Assembly: GCA_963813335.1 (NCBI GenBank)
Contig: CAWEYL010000003.1
Span: 160,001-224,000 of the forward strand
Source: an uncultured Chloroflexia bacterium
Lineage (GTDB): Bacteria > Chloroflexota > Limnocylindria > Limnocylindrales > CSP1-4
DNA length: 64,000 nt
Direction: 5' to 3'
How positions within the stretch are numbered: the first letter of the stretch is position 1; each line of letters starts with the position of its first letter. Made by a program: the position numbers and the translations under genes. Below are positions 12,216 to 22,820 of the stretch, piece by piece. The notes below the pieces were generated by a model that was not told the origin of the DNA, did no database searches, and saw only the letters and a program-made list of their open reading frames with translations.

Positions 12216-15059
12216 TCAGCCGGCCCGGCCGACGCCGGGCGGCCCGGGAGCGGGCGGCGGCGGGCCGGCGAACGCGGCCAAACGGGCGGCCACACGACCC
12301 GACAGGCGGCGCCGGAGGAGCCGGCGGCGGGCCAGCGTGACGAGCAGCGAGGCCAGCGTGAGCGCGGCGAGCGTGCCCAGTCCGGCGACACCCGTCAGGT
12401 CGTGCCCCGGGAATGGGCCGAAGCCTGCGGTCGCCGGAAGGGTGGCGCTCGTCCCGGGGCCGGCGGCGATCACCGCCGGGTCGCCGCTCGGCGTCGCCAG
12501 CGCCGCCGCAGCGGTCGGGTCGCCCGCGAGCACGATCCCGGCGGGATCGTCGGCGACGACCGTCCAGCCGCGCTCCGTCGAATCGACCCGGCCGACCACG
12601 TTCACCACATCGTCCGGCTCGATCAGCGGCAGGAGCTCGGCGGCGGCGTCGTGCAGGACCACCGGACCCGTCGCGGTCCCGTCGTCGAGCAAGAAGCCGT
12701 CCGGGAGCAGGCCGCTGACGATGCCGCCCACGCGCACGGTCGTGCCGTCATGGCCGGCCAGGTCCACGAGGTCGGCGTCGGGCACGGCCGGCGCCGCACC
12801 GGTCGGCGCCGCCGCCGACCCGGGACCGGCGGTCGGACCGGAGACGCCGGCATCGCCGCTCGAGCCCGTTCCGGACGTTGCGCCGCCGGTGCCCGTTCCG
12901 GGTGCGGCTGTGGCCGCGTCCACGCGCATGTCCCCCCGCCCGCGTGGAAGGATCGCGTAGCGCCGGTCCTTGGCGGTCGGGTACGGGCGGCGGACGATGC
13001 CGACGACGGTGGCCAGGTGGCCCTCCAGGACCGACGCCACCGGGATGCCGGCACCGGCCTGGCCGAGCACGACCACCCGTTCCTTGCCGACGAGCAGCTC
13101 CGCGCGCCATCGGTCGCCGAGCTTGTTCACCGTGTCGATCCGCCCGCGGACCGTGACGAGGCGCCACTCCTGGGCGAGCCCGGGCGAGCGGTACAGCAGC
13201 AGTGGTGCCGGGACCGTGGCCGTGCCGAGTCGCTCGATGGCGGTGGCCGCCAGCCTCGGTGCGCCGTACGACGTGCCGACGCTGCCGTCGACGCGGACGC
13301 GAGTGCCGACCGCCGGTGCCGTGGCATCCGAGGGCGCGCGGACTTCGATCGCGCCCGACGTGTCCTGCACCACGAACAGCTTCCCGGTCCCGTCGAGCAG
13401 CGTGGCGGGCGCGGTCACGACCGCCACGATGGCGACCGATCGGCCGCTGGTCCGCTTCGCCGCGGCGATCGAGATCGGCCGGATCGGGGAGGCGCTGGCG
13501 GACGGCCCGGCGGTCGGCGTCGGACGAGCGGTGGGCCTCGGCGTGGGCGTGGCACCCGGCGTGACCACGACGACGTCAGCGACGTCCCGAAGGCAGATCC
13601 GGTAGCCGTCCAGCGCCCCGCTGCGCGTCGACCGCTGGCCGCCGATCCCCGTGATCCGGTACGTGCCGCCGACGGCGAAGGTCGAGGCCGCGATCCCGCT
13701 CGAGGAATCGGCGAGGACCTTGATGGCCGGGCCTTCGCTCGGCTGCAGCGTGACCGTGACGTCGCCGCTCGACGACGTGGTCGGGCGAGCGTCGACGCGG
13801 CCGGTCGCGACGAGGATCCGTCCTTCGGTGGACTCGTCGAGGCCCGTCGGCCCGAGGGCCGTCGGTTCCGGAGGCGCCGCGGTCCCGGTCTCCACGATGC
13901 CGCCCGCCACCGGCCGGACCTCGAGCTGGCCGTATGGCGCCGCCAGCGGTCCCGTGACCTGGAGCGTCGTGCCGCGCGTCGGCTCGGTCGTGCCTGCTGG
14001 GAGCCGGACGGCGAGACCGCCGGTCGGATCGGCGATCGCGACGAGCGCCGGCGTCCCGAGCCGGCCGGCCTCGACCGTGATGGTCCCCGTGACGGTCACG
14101 ATCGTTCCGATCGGCAGGAGGCGAGCGGCGGCGAGATCCGTCGTCGCGGCCGGCGTGGGCTGCGGTGTCGGAGTCGGTGTCGGCTCGGGAGTCGGGGTGG
14201 GCACGGGAGTCGGGGTCGGGGTCGGCGTGGGCGCAGGCGTCGGCGTCGGGGTCGGCGTCGGCGTCGGCGTCGGGGTGGGCACGGGAGTCGGGGTCGGGGT
14301 CGGCGTCGGGACGGGGGTCGGGATCGGGGTGGGCGTCGGCGTCGGGACGGGGGTCGGAGTGGGCACAGGGGTCGGGGTGGGCACAGGGGTCGGGGTGGGC
14401 GTCGGGGTGGGCGTGGGTACGGGCGCAACCTCCGGGACCGGCGGCGCCGAGAGACCCTGCGGCGACGGCGCGGCCTGGACGAACCAGTCCACCGAGTCGT
14501 CGTTCGTGTCCCAGCCGTTCCCCAGTGCGCCGCCGGGTGCGCGCTCCAGGCTCGAGCCGGCCGCGGGCGCCGGTGCGGGCGAGCCCTCGACCACGTCGTT
14601 CGCCGCGTCCCCCCAGCCGACGGCGTCGACCACGGCGCCCCCGACGACGCGCAGCGCGATCGTCCCGCCGGTCGCGGCGAACCCGCCGGAATACGTCAGG
14701 TCCGCGGCCGCCGCGAACGCGCCCGCGGTATTCGCGAGCAGGATCCGCTTCCCGGGATCGAGGATCGTGGAGACCGTCCACGTCCCCTTTCGCGTCACGG
14801 TCGAGCCCGAGGACGTCGCGTAGACCACCTCGAGGCCGGCCAAGTCGACCGCACCGGTCCCCTGGTTGGCTACCTCGACGAACTCGTCGGATGCCGAAGC
14901 GCCACCCGTCTGGATCTCGCTGACGACCAGGGTCGACGTCGGCCAGGCCACCGATGCCGCCAGGGCGATCGGCACGCCCGCCGCACCGCCAGGGACCAGC
15001 CCCGAGGCGGCGATCAGGGCGACCACGAGCACGAGATGTCCCACCCGGACGCGAACCAT
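12216..15059 (-). CDS. Secreted, membrane-anchored protein: lamin-tail domain, PT linker, about five OB-fold-like repeats
   Basis: Signal peptide; [19 protein letters not shown]...VDLAG (LTD); (PT)n; repeated IAAAR..TVTVTG...D.TGG..V..G..V.V.G patterns; C-terminal TM plus Arg-rich tail. GGGAGG RBS before ATG 15059. Confidence 0.8.
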   Translation of the reverse strand: MVRVRVGHLVLVVALIAASGLVPGGAAGVPIALAASVAWPTSTLVVSEIQTGGASASDEFVEVANQGTGAVDLAGLEVVYATSSGSTVTRKGTWTVSTILDPGKRILLANTAGAFAAAADLTYSGGFAATGGTIALRVVGGAVVDAVGWGDAANDVVEGSPAPAPAAGSSLERAPGGALGNGWDTNDDSVDWFVQAAPSPQGLSAPPVPEVAPVPTPTPTPTPTPVPTPTPVPTPTPVPTPTPTPIPTPVPTPTPTPTPVPTPTPTPTPTPTPTPAPTPTPTPTPVPTPTPEPTPTPTPQPTPAATTDLAAARLLPIGTIVTVTGTITVEAGRLGTPALVAIADPTGGLAVRLPAGTTEPTRGTTLQVTGPLAAPYGQLEVRPVAGGIVETGTAAPPEPTALGPTGLDESTEGRILVATGRVDARPTTSSSGDVTVTLQPSEGPAIKVLADSSSGIAASTFAVGGTYRITGIGGQRSTRSGALDGYRICLRDVADVVVVTPGATPTPRPTARPTPTAGPSASASPIRPISIAAAKRTSGRSVAIVAVVTAPATLLDGTGKLFVVQDTSGAIEVRAPSDATAPAVGTRVRVDGSVGTSYGAPRLAATAIERLGTATVPAPLLLYRSPGLAQEWRLVTVRGRIDTVNKLGDRWRAELLVGKERVVVLGQAGAGIPVASVLEGHLATVVGIVRRPYPTAKDRRYAILPRGRGDMRVDAATAAPGTGTGGATSGTGSSGDAGVSGPTAGPGSAAAPTGAAPAVPDADLVDLAGHDGTTVRVGGIVSGLLPDGFLLDDGTATGPVVLHDAAAELLPLIEPDDVVNVVGRVDSTERGWTVVADDPAGIVLAGDPTAAAALATPSGDPAVIAAGPGTSATLPATAGFGPFPGHDLTGVAGLGTLAALTLASLLVTLARRRLLRRRLSGRVAARLAAFAGPPPPAPGPPGVGRAG
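14152..14425 (-). repeat. Coding hexamer repeat (Pro-Thr linker)
   Basis: Tandem GGGGTC/GGCGTC/GGGGTG-type hexamers encoding (PT)n within the LTD protein. Confidence 0.9.
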
Positions 15060-15206
15060 GACGACCTCCCGGCGGGACACGGGCGGCGGTCATCGGCGGT
15101 CGCGACATCGTCGCAGCCCGCGCTTATCTGCGGCTCACCGCGGGTCCGGACCGCGGTTGGACTACCATGCGTGCCACCGTCCGGACGACATCGACAGGGA
15201 GAGACC

Positions 15207-15902
15207 GTGGCTCGCGCCAAGAAGACCGATCGCGCCGAAGCGCGCCGCCGCCATCGCGCCGAAGCCGCCGAGGCTGCGGGCGAGGCCCCGGTCGACGGCG
15301 CCGCCGCTCCGCGCTCGGCGTCGCGCTCCTCGACCCCGGCGTACTCGGCCCCGGGGGGCCGGGTGGGCATCAGCCAGTCGTTCCGCCTGGCGTTCCATCC
15401 GCTCAACATGCGCGAGGACATCGCGGCGCTGCCCTGGCTGCTTCGCTCGAGGGCGTTCCTGATCCCGCTGGCGGTCACCCTCGCCTCGACGGTCATCGTC
15501 CTGGTCTCCGGCGGTCCGACGAACATCGTCGCGGCCTTCCTGTTCGCCTACTTCGTCCAGACCCCGCCCATCGGCGGCGCGCTGATCGCGGGCTTCCTGG
15601 CGCCGCGCGCCAGCTGGCTGCTCGGGCTGATCGTGTCGCTGATCGCGTCCGCCGGCTACGCGGCGATCATCCTGATCCTGACGGCCGGCATGCCGGACCA
15701 GGCCGCCGCCCTCCAGACGGTCCCGGTCGAGGCGTTCCTGCTGGCGCCGGTCCTGGGCGCGTTCTTCGCGGCCGCCGCCGCGTGGTACCGCCGGTTCCTG
15801 CAGCTGTCGAACCCGAACCGCGGGCGTCGGGCCGAGGCCAAGCGCGGCGCCGACGGCCGATCGCGGACCAGCGGCTCGCAGAAGGCCCCGGTCAAGCGCT
15901 AG
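15207..15902 (+). CDS. Hypothetical membrane protein with basic termini
   Basis: GTG after a GGGAGAG RBS: MARAKKTDRAEARRR...; four TM segments. This is the real coding part of the 1320-aa shadow ORF. Confidence 0.8.
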   Translation: MARAKKTDRAEARRRHRAEAAEAAGEAPVDGAAAPRSASRSSTPAYSAPGGRVGISQSFRLAFHPLNMREDIAALPWLLRSRAFLIPLAVTLASTVIVLVSGGPTNIVAAFLFAYFVQTPPIGGALIAGFLAPRASWLLGLIVSLIASAGYAAIILILTAGMPDQAAALQTVPVEAFLLAPVLGAFFAAAAAWYRRFLQLSNPNRGRRAEAKRGADGRSRTSGSQKAPVKR

Positions 15903-15915
15903 CGGCCCGCCCCGG

Positions 15916-18900
15916 TCAGCCGAGGCGGCGCATCCCGGCATAGCCCGTCTGGCGGACGCCGTCGGGGCGTTCCGGCCCACCGGCCGCCGCCGCGGCCTCG
16001 GGGAGTGCCTGGACGGCGTGCGCGACCACGTTCACGACCGAGCCGTCGCGCTGCAGGTCGCCATCGATGAGCAGCAGGGCGTGGCGGCGGACGACGGACC
16101 GCAGCCGTGCCCAGGTGTCCGGCCAGAGCGTGACGTTGACCATCCCGGTCTCGTCCTCGACCGCCAGGAAGACGGTCCCCTTGGCGGTCATCGGGTGCTG
16201 CCGCGTGACCACGAGACCGCCCAGCCGGACCGGCCCCGGGCGACGCTCGGCGAGGGTCGAGTTCGGGACCGCGCCGAGGCGGTCGAGGGCGCCCCGGAAG
16301 AGCGCCGTGACCTGCCGCCGCGCATCGAGCCCGATGACCGCATAGGCGTCGCCGATCCGCTCCGATTCGGTGAGCGGCGGGAGGTCGGGCACGGCCGTCG
16401 CCGGCAGCCGCAGGTCCAGCGGCCGGCCGGCCGCCGCGCCGCGCTTCCCGGCCGCGCGTCCCAGGGCCCGCAGCGCCCGCCCGTCGACGCGGCCGCGCGA
16501 CGATCCCGCCACCTCGCGCAACTGCCAGAGCAGCTCCCGCCGCGGCCGGCCCAGCGAATCGAGCCCGCCGGTCCGGATGAGCCGCTCGAGGACGTCCTCG
16601 GGGAGCCCGGTCCGCTCGACGACGTCGGCCAGGCTCGCGTACGGCCCGCGCGCGAGCTCCGCGTCGAGGAGCGCCTGGTGCTGCTCGCCGATCCCCTTGA
16701 CCAGGCCGAGGCCGAGGCGGATGCCCCAGCCGGCGGTGATCTCCGGCGTCCAGCGTTCCTGCGCGGCCGCGTCGGGGATGACGCAGGACGGTGACCGGAT
16801 GGGCTCGGGCCGGGCCGCGATCCCCGCGCCGTCGGGGAGCGGCTCGCCGGGCCGCCCCACCCACTCGGTGGTGGTCCGGTACGAGGAGGCGTTGATGTCG
16901 ACCGGCAGGACCGCGACGCCGTGGCGCTTCACGTCGTTGACGAGGACCTCGACCGGGTAGAAGCCCATCGGCTGGGCGTTGATCAGCCCGACCGTGAACT
17001 GGGCCGGGTAGAACAGCTTGAGGAAGGCCAATTCGTAGGCCGTCCGCGCGAACGCGGCCGCGTGCGACTTGGCGAACCCGAAGCTCGCGAACGCGGCGAC
17101 CTGGCGGAACAGCTCCTCGGCGGTCTCCTCGGCCATCCCCGGCTGGCGGAGCGCCCCGTCCACGAACTGGCGGTGGAGCTTCTCCATCTCGTGGCTGGAG
17201 CGCCACGTGCCCATCGCCCGGCGGAACCCGTCGCTCTCGGCGGCCGTGAACCCGGCCACCTCGATGGCGATGCGCATGACCTGCTCCTGGTAGAGGATCA
17301 CGCCCATCGAGTCGCGCAGCACCGGCTCGAGCGAGGGATGGAGATAGGTCACCGGCTCCAGGCCCTGCTTGCGGCGCAGGAACGGGTGGACGGCGTTCCC
17401 CTGGATGGGTCCCGGGCGGATGATCGCCACCTCGACCACGAGGTCGTCGAGGCTCTGCGGCCGCGACTTCGGGAGCGTCTGCATCTGGGCCCGGCTCTCG
17501 ACCTGGAAGACGCCCACGGTGTCGGCCGCCTGGAGCATCTCGAAGACCTCCGGGACGTCCTCGGGCAGCCGGTCGAGATCGAGGCAGACCGCGCAGTCGT
17601 GCTCGATGAGCTGGAGGGTCTCGTCCATCGCGGCGAGCATCCCGAGGCCCAGCAGGTCCAGCTTGATGAGCTTGAGCGTCTCGACGTCGCGCTTGTCGAA
17701 CTGGACGACGACCCGGTCCGCCATCGTCGCCCGCTCGAGCGGCGCGATGTCGATGAGCGGCGCCGCGGTCACCAGCATCCCGCCCGAGTGGATCGAGAGG
17801 TGGCGCGGGAAGCCGTCGATGCGGGCGCAGAACTCGAGCCAGCGCTCCCAGTCGCTCAGGCCGACCGTCGAGCCGCCGCGGGGCTGCGGGGGCGGCTCGG
17901 GCTCGACCCGCGCCACCGATGAGCGGCTCGCGGCCGCGCCCTGGTCCGCCCGTCTCGGTGCCGGCGGCCCTGACGGATCTGCGAGCTCCGCTCCGAGGTC
18001 CGAGGCGGAGCCCCGCGACGCCATCGGCCCGAGGATTCTGCCCAGCTTGTCGGTCCGTCGCGGCGGCGTCTCCAACTGGCCGCTCTCGGGATCCACGGCC
18101 CGACCCTCCACGAGCGCCGGCGGGAGGATCCGGTCGCGGTCGGCCTCGTAGCCCGTCCCGCGTCCGGCGCGCAGCCAGGCGACGCTCGCGGTGGAATCGC
18201 CCGGTCCCCCTTCATCGTCCGACGGGCCACCGCCGCGGACCGCCGTCCGCGGGGCCAGCGGGTCGTCGTCGCCGAGCCAGGCGAAGGGTCGTGGCGCATC
18301 CGGGTCGTCCGGCGCCTTCGGCTGCCGCCAGGGCGGCACCTTGCCGACGAGCGGGACCCGCTGCTGCAGCTGGCCCATCCGGTCGACGAGGCCGTGGGCC
18401 TCGGCCCGCTCGACGGCGAGGATCTCGCCGGGCGATCCGTCCCCCGCGCGCCGGAAGAACTCGGCGAACCCGCCGTCGGCCTCGAGGTCGCGACGGACCA
18501 TGACCGAGTCGTACGTCTCGAGCGCCTTGGCGACCCGGTCGACCAGCGGGCGCGGGAACCCGAGCGCGTACCCCACCTCGCGGACCGCGGACCGCGCCCG
18601 GTACGTCACGAGGTTGCAGACCATCCCGGTGTGCTCGGGTCCGTAGCGCCGGTAGATGTACTGGATGACCTCCTCCCGGCGCTCCGAGCTGAAGTCGATG
18701 TCGACATCCGGGTAGGTCGTCCGGCCCGGATTGATGAACCGCTCGAACAACAGGTTGTGGGCGATCGGCTCGACCCGGCTGATCCCGAGCGTGTACGACA
18801 CGATCGAGCTGGTCGCGCTGCCCCGGCCCTGGGCCGGGATCCCCTGCTCCTTCGCGAAGCGCATGAGGTCCCAGCAGATGAGGAAGAACTCGGCGAGGCC

Positions 18901-20116
18901 GGCCCGCTCGATGACGTCGAGCTCGTGCGCGAGCCGGGTCACGACCGCCGAGGTCATCGGGTGGTAGCGGCGGCGCGCGCCCGCCCAGCACAGCTCCGAG
19001 AGATAGGAGAACGGCGTCTCCTGGTCCGGCACCGGGAAGCCCGGGAAGCGGTACTGCTCGAACCCGAGGTCGACCGAGCACGACGCCGCGAGCTCCACGG
19101 AGGTCGCGATCCCCTCCGCCCAGGCCCTCGCCGTCAGCGGGTCGCCGCCCGCGCCAGGGCCCGGCGGCAGCCGCGCCAGCTCCTCCCCGGACTTCAGGTA
19201 CGACTCGCCGTCGGCGCGGCGCAGGGCCCCGAGCGTCTCGAGGGTCCGGCCGTGGCGGATGGCGGTCAGGACATCGGCCAGCTCGCGGTCCTCGGGGCGG
19301 GCGTAGTGGACGTCGTTGGTGACCACCACCGGCAGCCCCAGCTCGTCGGCCAGCGCCGCCGCTCCCGCAACGAGCCAGTCGTCGTCGGCGAGGAGGTGGT
19401 GCGAGAGCTCGATGAAGAAGCCGCTGCCGGCCGGCCCGTCGCCGCGGCCGAAGAGGCGGGCGTAGCGTTCCGCGACCGCCCGCGCGCCCGCCCGGTCGCC
19501 CACGCGCAGGCGGCGCACCAGCTCCCCGTCGCGGCAGCCCGACAGCGCGACGAGTCCCTCGACGTGGTCGGCCAGGAGCGCCTGCGAGAAGCGCGGCATC
19601 CCCTTCGTCCCGGCCAGGTTGGCGTGCGAGACGAGCCGGCACAGGCTCCGCCAGCCGATCGCCGAACGCGCCAGCAGCACGAGGTGCGGACCGCGCGCCC
19701 GCTCGCCGACGCCGCGCAGGTCCTCCTTCACGGGCTCGCGATGGCCGGGCAGGCGCGGGCGCTCGGGCCGTGGCCGGCGCGGGAGGCCGTCGAGGGCGCC
19801 GCCGGCCGAAGCCTCGCCCGCGCCCCGACCGCCCGCCGTGCCGTCGCGCACGCCGGGGCGCGATCACGACCCGGTCGCGATCGGGGGCGGCCGCGTCGAG
19901 CAGCTCGATCTCGAGCCCGACGACGGGGTGCAGCCCGACGGCCTCGGCCGCCCCCACGAAACGGACCGTGCCGTACAGGCCGGCATGGTCGGTCACGGCC
20001 AGCCCGCTCATCCCCAGCTCGACCGCCCGCGCGACCAGGTCGTCCGGTGGCGAGGCGCCATCGAGGAACGAGAAGTTGGTGTGGCAGTGCAGTTCCGCGT
20101 ACGGGGTCGGGGCCAC
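15916..20116 (-). CDS. dnaE2: Error-prone DNA polymerase DnaE2 (ImuC), with one apparent +1 frameshift near 19800-19860
   Basis: PHP N-terminus YAELHCHTNFSFLDGAS..LAVTDH in ORF 18212-20116. Continues in ORF 15916-19851 with VVTNDVHY, GRGSA, LLFERF, PDVDIDF, PRHLSIHSGG, VFQVESRAQ, FAKSHA, NAQPMGFY, VTRQHP.TAKG.F...EDETG. Confidence 0.93.
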
Positions 20117-20159
20117 GAGACGCTCCGGGGTCGCCGGGCTGGAGGGGGCCTGTCAGTAT

Positions 20160-20173
20160 AGAACATCCGTTCT
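20160..20173. promoter_or_regulatory. LexA (SOS) box at the dnaE2 promoter
   Basis: AGAAC-atcc-GTTCT, overlapping the edge of a minus-strand TATACT -10; matches the GAAC-N4-GTTC consensus. Confidence 0.85.
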
Positions 20174-20189
20174 GTCTTGACCAGCCCAC

Positions 20190-21761
20190 GTGGCACCGGG
20201 ACCAACGGCGGGATGGACAAGACGCCGGCGAGGCGCTTTCCTGTGCAGGTGCGACCGAACCCCAGCCCGCCGGTTCGCCACGATCTGGCTCGCCCTGCTC
20301 CTCGCCGTCGTCACGACCCCGCTCGTGGCCATGGCCGGCCATGTCCAGGACGCGAACGCCGCGACACCGATCCGCCCGCGCATCACCGGCATCAAGCCGC
20401 TGACCAAGGAGGTCTACGGCTACCTGCCCTACTGGCGACTCGATAGCACGACGGTGGACCATCTCCAGTACGACCTCGTCTCGACGATCGCGTTCTTCGG
20501 CCTGGGGATCCTCGCCAACGGGAACATCGACACGTCCTGGGTCGGTTACAAGGAATACGTCGGTGACGACGCCGCAGCGGTCACCAACGCCGCCCACGAC
20601 AAAGGCGTGCGGGTGGTCCCCACGTTCCAGTTGTTCGACGGCGGGGCGCTCCACAAGATGACCGCGTTCCTCGGCAGCGACGCCGCACAGGCCACCTTCA
20701 TCGCGCAGGCGCTGGACCTGATGGCCGCCCGCAAGGCGGACGGCGCGAACCTCGACTTCGAGCCGATGCCGGCCTCGATGACGCCCGCCTACCTCACCTT
20801 CGTCGCGAAGCTCCGGACCGCCATGCGGACCCGTTTCCCGGGGTCGACGTTGGTCAACTCGACATCCGCAGGCGCCGGTGCGGACCTCGTGGCCGGCCTC
20901 GTGCCCCTGGTCGACAAGCAGATGATCATGACCTATGGCTACCGGACCGCGACGGCCACGGTCGCCGGCGCCGTGGCGCCCCTGGCCAGCGCGGCCCGCA
21001 ACGTCAACATCCACATCACCCGGATCCTGAAGTCGGCGCCGGCGGACTCGATCCTGCTGGGCGTGCCCTATTACGGGTTCGACTGGCCGGTCACGTCGGC
21101 CGTCCCCAACGCGACGGTCCAGACGGACAAGACCACCTACGGCGCCGCGAAGAGCATCACGTATGCCGCGGCCCGCGACTACCTCGCCGCCCACCCGACG
21201 ATCGTCCGCCACCACGACACCGTCGAGGGCAGCGCGTTCTACATCTATCGCGACTCGGTCAAGAAGACCTATCGCGAGGTCTATTTCGACGACGAGCGGA
21301 GCCTCGGCGCCAAGTACGACTACGCCCTGGTCCAGGGCCTCGGCGGCATCGGGATCTGGACCCTCGACAACGACAAGGGCTACACGGCGCTGTGGAACGT
21401 CCTGCGCCAGAAGTTCTATGCGCCCGTCCGCTCGACGACCATCACCGCGTCGATCTCAGGCCTGCACCGGACCGCGGGTGTCGTCTGGCTGACCGTCCAC
21501 GGCCGTGTCCGCAACACGGGCACGGTGCCGCTCACGGGCCGCTGGTGGTGGTCGATCACGGACCCGAAGGGCCACATCGTCGAGTCGGGCAAGTGGGCGC
21601 CATCGACGATCTACCCGACGCGCTCCCTGGCCCACGGCCGCGTCGTCCGCCTGGGGCTCGCCAGCAGTCTCCGCGCCGGCACCTACACGCTGCGGATCTA
21701 CTTCAAGACGGCGAGCCGCAGCTGGCGTTCGCCGGTCGTCGGATTCCGCCAGCCGTACTGA
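20190..21761 (+). CDS. Secreted glycoside hydrolase family 18 protein with C-terminal beta-rich domain (start uncertain)
   Basis: EVYGYLPYW, DGANLDFE catalytic motif, IMTYGY, ILLGVPYYGFDW, GLGGIGIWTL. Confidence 0.85.
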   Translation: MAPGPTAGWTRRRRGAFLCRCDRTPARRFATIWLALLLAVVTTPLVAMAGHVQDANAATPIRPRITGIKPLTKEVYGYLPYWRLDSTTVDHLQYDLVSTIAFFGLGILANGNIDTSWVGYKEYVGDDAAAVTNAAHDKGVRVVPTFQLFDGGALHKMTAFLGSDAAQATFIAQALDLMAARKADGANLDFEPMPASMTPAYLTFVAKLRTAMRTRFPGSTLVNSTSAGAGADLVAGLVPLVDKQMIMTYGYRTATATVAGAVAPLASAARNVNIHITRILKSAPADSILLGVPYYGFDWPVTSAVPNATVQTDKTTYGAAKSITYAAARDYLAAHPTIVRHHDTVEGSAFYIYRDSVKKTYREVYFDDERSLGAKYDYALVQGLGGIGIWTLDNDKGYTALWNVLRQKFYAPVRSTTITASISGLHRTAGVVWLTVHGRVRNTGTVPLTGRWWWSITDPKGHIVESGKWAPSTIYPTRSLAHGRVVRLGLASSLRAGTYTLRIYFKTASRSWRSPVVGFRQPY

Positions 21762-21795
21762 GCGCGACCCGGACGAAATCCGTCCGTCCGGCCTC

Positions 21796-21822
21796 GAAAC
21801 ATCCGGGGCGGGTCCCGCGTCT
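21796..21822 (+). promoter_or_regulatory. Putative ECF-sigma promoter
   Basis: GAAAC-N17-CGTC ending 8 nt before ATG 21830. Confidence 0.45.
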
Positions 21823-21829
21823 CTTGGCC

Positions 21830-21955
21830 ATGCACGCACCCATCCGCCCCGTGGCGACCATCGCACTGCGAAGTGCGTTGATGGTCGCGCTGGCGATGAT
21901 GCTGATCATGGTCCTGCTGCCGATGGTCCTCTCGGTCGAGGCGTCCGGCAGCTAA
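21830..21955 (+). CDS. Small single-TM peptide, 41 aa
   Basis: MHAPIRPVATIALRSALMVALAMMLIMVLLPMVLSVEASGS; host-like codon use; has a candidate promoter and terminator of its own. Confidence 0.6.
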   Translation: MHAPIRPVATIALRSALMVALAMMLIMVLLPMVLSVEASGS

Positions 21956-22064
21956 CCTACCAACAAACGTCTCGGCGCCTGGGGGCCTCGAGACGATCCG
22001 GCGGCGGCGATCGCGATGATCGACGTCGACCAGTCGGGGAGCCGGTGAGCGACTCTGCCGACCA

Positions 22065-22100
22065 AAGGACCCCCGTCGCTTGGGGGCGACGGGGGTCCTT
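22065..22100 (+). terminator. Strong hairpin terminator
   Basis: AAGGACCCCCGTCGC-ttgggg-GCGACGGGGGTCCTT, a perfect 15-bp stem. Confidence 0.75.
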
Positions 22101-22137
22101 CCATGCCCGGGCCGCGATACGGCGGTACGCTTCGGCC

Positions 22138-22629
22138 GTGATCCCGCGCTGGCGTCCCGTCGTCGTGCTGCTCGTGGCCCTGCTGGTCACCGCGTGCGGG
22201 TCGGCCGCGGCGTCACGGCCCAGCACGGCGCCGGCGCCCGGCAGCGACGTCCCCGCGGCCTCGGAGCCCGCCACGGCGGCCCCGCCCGCCGAAGGCCAGA
22301 GCGACACCGAGTGGGGGCCGATCTGGGACACCGTCCCGTCGGGCTTCCCGACCTACCCGGGCTCGAAGGTGACCGAGGTGGGCACGGACCCCGCCAGCGA
22401 GGTGCGCGTGATCGACGGCGTCGAGCCGACGGCCATCGCGTCATGGATGGACCAGCACCTGCAGGCTGCGGCATTCCGCACCGACGGGTTGTCCGGCCCG
22501 TTCGAGGACGGGAGCTACGTCGTCGACGCCAGCGGCCAGGCCGGTTGCCGGGTACAGGTGCGGGTCGCCCCGACCGGGGGCACCTCGACGATGGTCGTCC
22601 TGTACGGGGCGAGCTGCCCTCACGGATGA
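22138..22629 (+). CDS. Hypothetical lipoprotein
   Basis: GTG 6 nt after TACGCT; VIPRWRPVVVLLVALLVTAC lipobox, Pro/Ala linker, globular domain with two Cys. Confidence 0.75.
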   Translation: MIPRWRPVVVLLVALLVTACGSAAASRPSTAPAPGSDVPAASEPATAAPPAEGQSDTEWGPIWDTVPSGFPTYPGSKVTEVGTDPASEVRVIDGVEPTAIASWMDQHLQAAAFRTDGLSGPFEDGSYVVDASGQAGCRVQVRVAPTGGTSTMVVLYGASCPHG

Positions 22630-22715
22630 CCAGCGGCTCACCCACCGCCCGCACTATGCTGCTGACCGCGACCGGTCCGGGACACCCGGTCGAGCCAGCC
22701 TGGGGGAGGCGCTAC

Positions 22716-22820
22716 GTGCAGAAGGCACAACCACGGGACCTGGGGGCGCTCGTGCTCGTGGTGGGGATCCTGGTGACGCTCTTCGTCGTCAGCCTGCTGG
22801 TCGGCGCCCCCGCGCGCTGA
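22716..22820 (+). CDS. Possible small membrane peptide, 34 aa
   Basis: GGGGGAGG RBS, then VQKAQPRDLGALVLVVGILVTLFVVSLLVGAPAR; overlaps the TetR 3' end. Confidence 0.45.
   Translation: MQKAQPRDLGALVLVVGILVTLFVVSLLVGAPAR

Noticed and set aside
14152-14425. Regular repeat tract as a possible CRISPR or non-coding array
   Set aside because: Hexamer periodicity without spacers; it encodes the Pro-Thr linker.
17851-18453. Intein in DnaE2
   Set aside because: No Cys/Ser start, His-Asn end or LAGLIDADG blocks.
19800-19860. Programmed frameshift regulating dnaE2
   Set aside because: No slippery sequence seen; same +1 signature as three unrelated genes, so error is more likely.
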